DNA of 64,000 bases from Pavona decussata. Lineage: Eukaryota. The notes beneath the pieces were generated by a model. It was not told the origin of the DNA, did not search any database, and was given only the letters and a program-made list of their open reading frames with translations. A program made the position numbers and the translations under genes. This document shows positions 41,401-52,600 of the stretch, piece by piece (position 1 is the first letter of the stretch; each line of letters starts with the position of its first letter). The stretch covers positions 496,001-560,000 of the forward strand of contig CDRNST010000123.1 in NCBI GenBank assembly GCA_977016875.1. The letters are read 5' to 3'.

Positions 41401-44400
41401 TGTTACAGATGTTGATCCTTGCATTAATGTCTCCTGTAAGTACTTTGCCGTTTGTAAGGCATTTGGTCCCAGGGACGCGCGGTGCATATGCGTGGATAAT
41501 TGTCCGTCGTATGAAGAGCCTGTGTGTTCCTCTAATGGTACCACATATGACAACGTGTGTGTGTTCCAGCGAGAAATGTGCCATCTGAGAGGAAACTTCA
41601 CTGTCTATCATCCGGGTGATTGTACAGGTAACATCACTGATTTCACTTCTTTCCCACAGCTGTAGATAAAATTGAAACAAACGTAAAGTGGACACTGACA
41701 GTTTATTGTTACACGAGATTCCAACAACACCGCAGCAACACCAAAACACACCATCTACGGTGTCCACGTCTGATAACAGTAGTCCCATTATAGGATTGAA
41801 TTGACTTAGTGTTGTTAACTTTTTTGCAGGATTCCCTTCTCAAAAGGGCCGCCATCGCCTCCACCACAATCCAGTTTGGGCTGAAGCGGTTTGTGAACAA
41901 GTTCCACTGGCTCCTTATGTCTTTTATCCTGACAAACCGGTTCACATACAGGTTTCTGTCAATCACGTGAACTTCTCAGATCCCTCATATGTCCATGAAG
42001 CAGTTGTTGCTTGGGTTGAAGAAATCATGGAGAACAATTTTACAGTTTGCGTTACACAGGCTGGGAGAAACGAGAAAAGAAATGGAGAAACGTTTGCAAC
42101 TGTTGACTGGCTTGCCTACCAGGGGGCCCCTGACGGGGGAGTGTCTGGTGAAATGGACATGCCGACTTGGTGGACTGGAACGAGTTGTCGAACGGTCTCC
42201 CTTCCCTCGGTAAGAAGCTAATTGGTATTGGTTTATTTTTGAAAATGAGTTTTAAATTTTGATCTGCTCCGGTGGTTACAACACAAACCTTCGCACCAGC
42301 TTAGTCAGTGTACTGGAAGGTATATTGAACTTATAGACATAATGGGAAAAAGTGCGGTCAATTAAATAATTTCTCAACCCACAAATCAGAGACTTTCAAG
42401 ATTCGAATTTAGTTTAGGCAGAAGAAAGTTTTATTTCCCCGCTCCTATTTACATATAAACACTCCTAGTGCCGTTAAAAATTAACCATTTTTTGTTGTCC
42501 TTGATTATAGAGCAAGTTTAAGTCGACGCCCACAGTTCTAGTGTCAGCGGAGCATGAAAGGCGTGGTGTAAAGCACGATGCATCTTCTGTGTGGTTAGAA
42601 GATATCACGAAAAATTCTTTTAAGATCTGCGTCCGAGAATTACAGAACTTTGATGGAGTTCACCAAAGTATTTACGTTGTAAGTGGTTTTAGTTGTTACT
42701 CTCCTAATGATTTCCTCAAGTTCAAACTTCGCGCCAAAACTCAACCGAGGCCCGTTGTATGAAAAACTGTATCCAATTTATACCTCTTTGTTGGACGGTA
42801 CGGAAAAAGACTGGATAAAAGGAAAACAATTGTTCTTGGAGTTTTTCTTGAAGCATCCTCTTGATGTTTTCGATCCGTCTATTTCATTTTATCATAAATG
42901 GAAATATGCTGCTTTCGATTTATACAGACTTGCACTGGGTATTCTTATAGGAAGATCACCATAGGTATTTTTTCTCTCATAAACAATAACCTCTTGGACG
43001 GTTTACGAGTGACAACGTGATAACAAAAAAATGGCTTCTTTGTAGGATTGGATAGCGTTTGAAGAGCTTCATCGACCTCTGTTTAGAGAGCATGGGGCTA
43101 TATACTTCTCCAATTCGAACAAGCCATCCCGAGATTTCAACTATGCGTTTTGTGAGGTAAGTAGGCCATTATTGCACTCACGTTTACAACCTCTGAAGGT
43201 CTTTAGACGGTAACGACTCCTTTTATAGATGACCACCCGCACGTCTGATCCCGAAAAAATGCACTTATACATTTACACTTGCAGTAGTGCCTTCATTTGC
43301 GCATGCACCCTAACCCACTCATGCAAACTAACTTACCTATGCTCACACTCGCTTTTTCGTTCCTTTTTCATTCGCTCTCCTACCCACTTTCTATCAGATG
43401 CACTCCTTCCCACTCATACATTCGCAACTTTTAATTTAATTAACCAGTCATTTCTCCTTTCCCTATTTTGTCTCTACTTTATTTTTCTTTCCTGTTCTTT
43501 CATTTCTTCTTTCCTTCCTTCTGTTGTTTCACCCTCTGGTTCATGATTGCTTGGTTGATTTTTTTCAATGGTTTATTTCATCTTTGTTTGAAAATATTCT
43601 AAACTTACAAAACGTTGGTTTTATCATCATTCACAAACAGTTGAGATTTTTTCCCTTTAGGATATCGTGTTTAAGAAGCACTACAATGACTCTCCGGAAG
43701 TCTTGGTGTCGGCAAACCATTCAACAAGTGGCGGAAACCTTAATCCTTTGTACAACTCCATTTCAGCTTGGGCTGAGGTAAGATAATAACAGCATTTGTA
43801 AGTCAATCTTAGCTTAACTCGTGTTTTTCAACGCACCGTAAGAGATGTGGGCATACAGTGTAGAGTGATCAGTAAGATCTCGTTAGGCGAGAATCGGTCC
43901 TAGCTTGCTGTCTCCTTTTGAACGGGTGAGGGTATTATAGAGGCGAGAAAGGCCTTGAGATAAACTGGCTTCCTATATAGGGAAGTATAGTTATCCTTTA
44001 GTGATTTTATGCCAACGGGAGCTCATCAGTACGCCTTGATGGGAACTTCAGGAACAGACTTACTCTTAAGTTGTCTTTACGGTTACATGTTACTAATTTC
44101 TAAAAAAAAGTATTTTTCGTACCTATGTAGTATATAAACAAGACGGGCTTTAGAGCTTGTGTGAAGGAATTGTTTGTGCAACAACACGACCCTCTGTCAG
44201 TCTCTTATGCAGTTTTGCCAGGTAGGCTCTGAGCTATAGCTAATTATAAATAGCACTAAAATTCTTGATCTGACTACAAATCGATTGTCAAGAGAATGTT
44301 GCTTCTTTATAAAAAAAAAAATCGCCTAAGTCTAACTTTTCTTCTCCTGCAAAAGTTTTCTTTTGAAAACAGGAAATTTTATTTCAGCCGGGACAAATTT

Positions 44401-46625
44401 TAGTCTCCCACGAAAAAGCTACTGCTTGGGAGGCAAGCCAAATTATTAGTTGGTTCACAACCTTAAAAAATGTCAGTCTTTTTTTCCCTCTCTTGTCAGA
44501 TACCTTTTTGAAGCATTGGTCTGTCCTTTAACATTACGGTAACGACAACAGCTTCGTAGTTTAATTTATTATTTTATTTTTCAAAGATGTCTGTGAGCCC
44601 GGTTGGAGTTTCTACAATGGCTCCTGTTACTTCACCAGTGAAACATGCGAGATTTGGTCCAATGCAAGTATAACCTGCAGAGCCATGGGTGCTAATCTAG
44701 CTGCCATTGAAAGCCAGGAAGAAAACGTATATATCCAGCACAGGCACAATGGCGACAAGGCGTGGATCGGTTTAAATGACATTGCCACAGAAGGATTATT
44801 CAGCTGGGTGGATGGATGTCCTGATAAATTTCGCTACTGGGCTCAAAGCCAGCCAAACGACTTTAGAGGGGAGGACTGCGTCCACACCCTGGGGGCAGGG
44901 CATGGGTACATGTGGAATGACGTGGATTGCTCTGCCTGTCATCAGTACACATGCAAGAAAGGTAGTCACAAATTAATTTCTGCCCTACTAAATACATTAT
45001 CTTCCTCATACTGAGAGCAATATATATTCTCTAAAAGAGACTCTAAAAGAAACAAGAGATACTATTATTGAATCGGGGGAGATGGGTAGGGAAGGAAGGA
45101 GGAGGAGGATGGGGACAGACTTTCTAATAAACTGATTAGACTGGTTGTTATGTTTTATTTTCTCTCTCTCTCTTCTTTTATGTCATTGTAATGATGGATA
45201 TCCTTCTTTAAAGCCACTTTCAAATATCTTTTTGCTCAGATTATGATGAGTGCAGCAGCAATCCATGTTTGAATGGCGGCACATGTGTGAACGGCAAAAG
45301 GAAATTTACTTGCGTCTGCCCTCGGACACACAAAGGAAAGACATGTGAAGGTAAATACACAACTCAGTTTTGATTTCTCTTTACCTGTTTTTGGCCTGGG
45401 CTTTTTAGTCTGAGTTCTGTGTCAAGGTTGCCACACCCTCACAAATGGATCATTAATAACGTCAATAGTATTGAAAGTATCACTACAAACCTTGAAGTGT
45501 ACAAAGTATTTCCATATCTATTTCTTTTGAGGTCCGCAAAATGGGATGCTGACTGCATTTGATGTGAATATTGCGTCCTTTTCTCCACACATCCACCAGC
45601 AAGGTTTCTTAATGGAAATATCAAGTCATTATACCATATTCTTGCCACATAGATTTGGAGGAAAAGCAACTAAGTTTGGTAGTGGCTGCACTAACATTAA
45701 AGGCATTATGAACGTTAAAATAAAGCGCAGGTACTTTGTAGAGCGCCCCTCCCCTCTCTCCAGGAGACATTTAATTGTGCTGTCCAAAAGATATCCAACA
45801 ACAAAGTTCTTTTTTTCACCTTATGGAATCGGAAAAAGTTTATCCGTGCGATCTTTTTGTGTTATGGGGATAAAACTGTTAATTTTCATTATTAGTTGAC
45901 GTTTTGACGTATGTTTTTCCTTTCAGAGTTTGACGAATGTTCCAGCAATCCCTGTATGAATGGAGGCACTTGTACTGATGGGAACAATAACTACACATGC
46001 GCATGCCCTTCACCGTATTTTGGCAAGCAGTGCCAGCGTATGTATAACAAAATGCTTTTAAGTATAGGAAATGTCCTTGGGAATGTTCAATTCTATCATC
46101 TGTCAAGAACCTTTGACACATGATTTTCAATTTGAATGGCGATTTTGGAGGCGATTTAACCCTCAGGTGTAAAGGGGGATGCTAACCCTTCTACATTTCG
46201 TCAGAAGCGAACTGTCGTCTAGAGGTATGGGTTTTTAGGTACGATTTTTATGGCAATTTTAAGCGCAATTTCAAATTGCCTATGAAAACCACGAGCGATA
46301 TTTCTTGTAAAATTTTGGCGATCTGATTATGATTTGGAAATACTGAGCGTGTAACGGCTCGAGAAATGCGCATGCAATGTGAGTATAAATTACGTAAAAA
46401 CCTCTCTCAAAGCAACTTTATATTATTTGCTTGATAAAATCTTCATGTTGTTTTAATTCGAACGAAAATTAATCGAAAAATCTTTTCCGTCTCAACTTGC
46501 TCCCCCTCGAATTTCAAATGTATAAAAACGTGAAACTTCGCTTCGCAAACATAGGGAAGGAAAACTGATCAAAATATTTTTGATTTTTAAAAGATAACGA
46601 TGTGAAGATTATTTCAAGTATTCCA

Positions 46626-46679
<54 letters not shown>

Positions 46680-49600
46680 TAATAATAATAATGATAATAA
46701 TAATTAGGATAATAATTATTGGAACCTTATGACATTTGTTTTTTCTTAAAAAAAAATTGTGCTTGAAAATAGTCTCTTTTTTAATCGAAATTAATTATAT
46801 ACATTTTACAGTAACATCGCATGCCATTCCTTATTTCCATTTTACAGATACGGATGAATGCCAGTCAAATCCATGTCTGAATGGAGGAACCTGTATAGAT
46901 GGAGTGTATAATTTTACTTGTGTTTGTCCAGGCATTTATGCTGGACAGCGATGTGAAGGTACATTTTAGCATAGCTGCCATAAATAAGCCGTACCGTGTG
47001 GTGTTTTATTTTCTGTTGACATGAAATTTTTAAGGAGTCTGGAAAGGATTCTTAGATGCACGTGCGCGCGTCGCCTACACAACTCGTAGCTTGGAAACAA
47101 GCGTCAGCTGAACGAATCCAGATTCGCGAGGAAAATACTGAAAGTGTTACGAGGGATAAGATCGGGCAAACCGAAAATAAAACCTACAGGAAAAACTCGT
47201 TTTCAGGCCACAATTTGGCGCGGTAACCTGCGTTGATTTTCATTGTCATCACAGAACATTTAGTATGCCACCGTAAAATACAGAAGCATGTTTTTTGATA
47301 TGGCGAAAGTTCTACTAGAAAATTTTTTCTCGCACTGCCAGAGAAGTTAAAGGCTAGATAATATAGCAAGCGTTGGAAAAGAAAAACAGACAAACAAAGC
47401 GGTAGGTCATTTAACTATCTTCATCTGAAATTTAGAGGTTCTATTTGTGGAGACAGGATGTAACCATGGTAACCACTATGACGTCACAATTGCATGATGA
47501 CAGACTTGCAAAGATATCCAAAGGTTGCCTTCATGATCAGATGACTACTTTGTTGTTGTCTCAGATTCGGTGTGTGAGTGAGAATCCCTTTGAGTCATCC
47601 GGTTTGGGTCAAAAAAAGAAAAAAAAAACCTGTGCTGATATTAAAACTAACTACCTTTACTCGCGTACACAGAATGCTTCTGGAGCACCAAGACGACAGG
47701 CAACAAATGATTTTTTCACAGTATAAAAAAACGGAATCATTTTTTAGACACAAGAGAAGAACCTGGAAAAGTTTGGCCAATCTTTTCCAGTTTCTGAGAT
47801 CCATTTCTATCTAGGCCTTCTGTAGCCGAAGACATATTTTTACTGAAACAATTACAGAGAAACTAGCACAGTTCAATTAAACTAAACTGGATCATTAATC
47901 TTGGATTTCTTCTGATTCCGTTGAGCCTTTTAAAAATTTTAAATTAAAAGACCTTAAAGGAACACTAGACACAGGTGAAAAGGTCCCTTTAAAACCTGTT
48001 TGGTGAAACATGGTCATCATCGCAAAGCTTAAAAACGCCGGTAACAGGCACGGTAATTAACTCCCATAACTTCGAGGATAGTTGAGGACAAATATGCGAA
48101 TGTACGGATTTTTGACAACTGAGGTCTGCAGAATTGGAAGCCGCCGAAATTGAATAACGTATGTGAACTTATTATCAGTTTGGGCCTTGGTTCAGGTTTT
48201 CAGCTTTTAATTTTATCGCTGATATTCATATGTTGACATAAAAATAATTAGTTGGTGTGAATGAAGTATTAATCTTGAAATTAATCCTCTCTTGTTCCTG
48301 TATTTTAAGCTGATTATTTCTACATCTTTGCCAGATCTAAGTCTTTCTTTTTCTATTTCTTGTTAAAGGTATCGCAAGAGTATCGTGTAAAAATCTTCTA
48401 CAAGCCGGTTATACCTCAAGTGGAACATACTCTTTGAAAATTAACGGTCGTTCGTTCCAGGTTAGTTCTTATGACATTTTCTCTGTTTATTTAATGTACG
48501 TTTTCAATATTAATATTAGTGCTAATTTAAAATTAATAAATTAGACTATAGACTATTAATTAATTAATAGTCCTCTTGCGTAAGCTTACTGTTATCATGC
48601 CGTTCGTTCCAGGTTAGTTTATATGACATTTTCTCTGTTTCAATGTTTTCAATGTTAATATTGATCAAGTGCTAAAATAACCACGATCTAGTTATTCATA
48701 GGTTCAGGATTATCAAGGGCATACATTAACATTTTAAAAGCTCTGCTATTTTAAATTAGCAGTAATTAGTGACGCCGGATTCAAGTATAATGTCTGATGC
48801 TTGAAAGCATTCGTATACCAAAAAGAAATTTTCAAAACCATTTGGTTGTTAGCGTGTTTTACTGAACATTTATTTCGAGAATTTAAATTGTTGTCTCATG
48901 AAACCTGCGACAAAATACAACCGCTGTGTTTATGATTAGACAGGTTTTAATGGTCAATGCACTGCATGCATCCCAAAATTTCCTGAATGAATTAATGTAA
49001 ATTATTTCAGTCAGCAGTCACACAATGGGTAAGGAAAACTACACAACAACAAGACACCAGGAATATTTGTCTTGTTGATTCCTGTAACTTCTTACGCGAA
49101 AAAAAAAAAAAAAAGATATGTTTTAGCAAACTTTGCCTTTATCGGGAGTGGGTCTATCTTAGCCGGACAGTAGAAGTACAGTGGGGGTCTTAAGTACTTC
49201 CGAATTAGAATAATTTAACTCCAACCGGGGGGGAGGCGGGTGGTCGAACAAATTATGACACTCGTCGAGTTCACTGAAATACTTCTTTTTTTTTTTAATC
49301 TTTTTTTGAACTAGTAATCCTTTTTCCGTTGCTGCTTTAGGGACCGTTCATTTTTTATGAGCAGGGGGGGGGCTGGTGGGATTTGGTTAATTGCCACTAC
49401 GAAACTGTATGACCCCCCCCTAGCATGCAATTTTTTTCCACATGGCCCCCCCCCAGCAGAACTATTTTTTTCTGATGACCCCCCCCCCCTCCCGCCCAAC
49501 CAGAAACAAATCATACTCCTAACTTTAACAAAACGCTTATGTACTGTTTATATCAAAGATAAACGTAATTGTTACTGTGATTTCTTTACAGTACTATTAA

Positions 49601-52600
49601 CAAGTAACCGTTCTCTACTTAGGTAAAGATTTCTCTTGTTTAAAAAAACGTTTTATAGATAGCAACACGTTTACGGCAACGACAAACCCTAAATTGCCAT
49701 TTAGATTCTCAAAGAAACTATAAAAATTAATCAAGCAAATGGTTAACGTGAAATTACTCCCCTTCGAGTAGAAACAATTAATACACGTACAGATCTGACT
49801 AACAAAATACGGATCGAAGCATACCAATCAATGATTACGAGTCATATTAAACAGAAAAAAACAGCGGACGCACAGATATCAGTCGCGTAGGTAAGGGTTA
49901 GATAGGGGTGTTCGTTGAGCCCCAAATCTTGCTTACTAGGGGGGTCCGGGGGCATGCTCCCCCGGAAATTTTTGAAAATCTAGGTTCCCAGAAACCTCAT
50001 TTCCTGCATTTTGAGACCCATTTTAAGCAAATCACAAATTTGTTTTACAGCAGCTTTTTGAGCTATATACATCATTCCTACGGCATAATTGTTTCAACTT
50101 AAACAAGAAAGTTCAATGTACATTCCGCGCCCTGTCGAGTTCTGATAGCTATTCGATCTACTGATAGTCATACACCAAGCTGGTAAACTGCATCATTCTC
50201 GGGTGTAGGCCTTCGAACAAATTGACTATCTCGTCAAAATTGACAGGCATATCATATTTGATATGCATTAGAACCAGGGCAGACATTCTACTCTCTCGCA
50301 TGGTACACCTCATGTAATTGTTCAACCTCCTCATTAAGTGCTTTTTCTTCCGCCATTACTGATCTGTAAAGGGGGTTCGTTCGAACCCCTCGAATCCCCC
50401 CTCCTACGCGCCTGGATATTAAAGTACTGCTATTAAAAATGACAGTTACAAGCTTTTCTGAAGATGGCTTACGGCTCAGATTTACCGTCAACTGAAGTCA
50501 CCAACAACAGTTCTTTTATTAAAACTAATCTGGATGTTCACACTAGGCATACTACTGAGTCTACTGATACTCCTGGGTTCAAATAATTTACTTATCAACA
50601 GTCTTTATAAAAGTGAGTACTATTAAAAAGAACATTAAACAATCTATTGATATAGTTCAGAGTACAACCACTTTGTAGAAAACTACTCCCCCAAGGATGA
50701 TTCAATAGTGAGACTGATACGTTTTTAACATTAATTTGAACTTGTACAAACATAGGTGTCTACCTCAGTTTATATTCATTATTGCTTTTCCAACAGATAT
50801 GCTTCACTTCCTCAGTTGTTGTTAATATAAAATGCAGATTTCGACCTCAGTATGTAAAACAAATTAAAAGTGGTTAGGAAAATCGCATTAAATAAAATTG
50901 AAATAATATTCAATTTCTTCATCTGTTTCTGTGTTGAGCCACTTTCAATTTCCCCTACTAGCCAATTATTTCTGGTGACCCCCCCCTCTTTCACTCATTT
51001 TTTTTTGGTAGCCCCCCCCCCCTTTAGTGCCAATTTTTTTCTCGTGACCCCCCCCTAAATCCCACCAGCCCCCCCATGCTCATAAAAAATGAACGGTCCC
51101 TTAATAGAAGAAACAACTGATGACATTTTTTATTTCCGAGTAAGCCTTTGCTCACGTTGCCTCGGTTGTTTAGATAAATGACAAGCGAACTTGGCACTTG
51201 GATATCAAATTAGTTTAAGCTTACAGCATCTGTATTAACGCTCGATCTGACTAAGAACAAAAGTTATAACCAAAAGACAACATTGATAACAAGGAAAGGA
51301 GGAAACCAATCACATGACTGTCAAAAGAGCAAGCAGGAGAAAACGTGGCTCGAGTCAGGTGACTTAGTGGAAAAACTGGCAATTGTTATGCTAACCTGCT
51401 TGTGCTCACAAGCTAGGGAAAGTGAAACTTCTTTGCAGCCGGAGACTAGTATTGGACTATGAATAGTAAACTACTCGTTTGATTGATTCAATCAGTGAAG
51501 TGCAGATATTACAAAACATTTGTACAACCTAAATACCTCGAACAAGAGATAGAGGAAATAAGCCTGTTTCAGGCACCTTTATGCTAGTTTGTCAGATCTA
51601 GACGAACATCACCAGAAGCCGCCCGGCACGAACCGGGTAAACGGTCACTCGAAGTTACAGCTTTAGAACTGAGTGCGTGTGTCATATCTGCCAGCTATGA
51701 TGGATCAGAGAATCAACTCTGCAGCGTTTGTTAAAGCGCTAAGTGAACCCATGAAAATCCTACTGAGGGTTAGACCTAGTAAGGAAATGCATGGGAAACC
51801 ACACGAAACAAAGAAAAACATTTTTGACCTCGGCGGCCTTCACATTTGCCGCAATTACCACCATTATTATCCACGACTTGCTCAGTTCTGTCCTCGTATC
51901 TCAGTTCGTAGAGCAACGGACGATCAAATTCGGAGGCCGTGGGTTCGTTTTCCGCCGAGGACGAAGATTTTCTTTTTCTTGTGTGATCTCTCGTTTCCTT
52001 ACTAGGGCGAACGCTCGGTGGGAAATTCATGGGTTCACTTTTAATTAGCACTTCAACATACAGTGCAGAGTTTTAAAATTCTCTGACCATCATTTGTATC
52101 ACTAGAACTTAAAAGAGCGGCGCAACATTCATTTGAACTCATTTCATATCTATCAGCTTTTTCACGCGCTTATCCACCGTCAATAAATTCAGTTTGTTTG
52201 AAGGGTTTTCGACAAGGCCACAAACAGTGTTTTTTTTTTTACGGATTGCTTAAAACTACATTATTGCATCCTCTCTTGATTGCATATAGTGGATAAGGGC
52301 TGGACCTCATTTGTATGCAAATTTAGGGACCCACTTGTAGATGTTCTCACAGATACGCCCTACTTTTCTCCATAAATTTCTTTCTACTTTTCTCCAATGC
52401 ATTTCAAACGGGGATGTGGTTAATCTGCCAATTTGGACGACTGCGCAGAGTAATGCCAGCTGTAATGAGTCACGCACTGTAATTTATAACAAAAGTTCTC
52501 AACAAAGTTCCTGGGACTTTTAGCGAGACCTTATGTGTTGCTAAGCTGGGTCTAAGAGCTCATATTACAACTTGCTTGTCTGGAAAGCTGATATTTGAGT

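Noticed and set aside
50455-50595. CTGAAGA motif in a repeat resembling a Penelope hammerhead region
   Set aside because: The GAAA half of the hammerhead core is missing, so at most a degenerate remnant.
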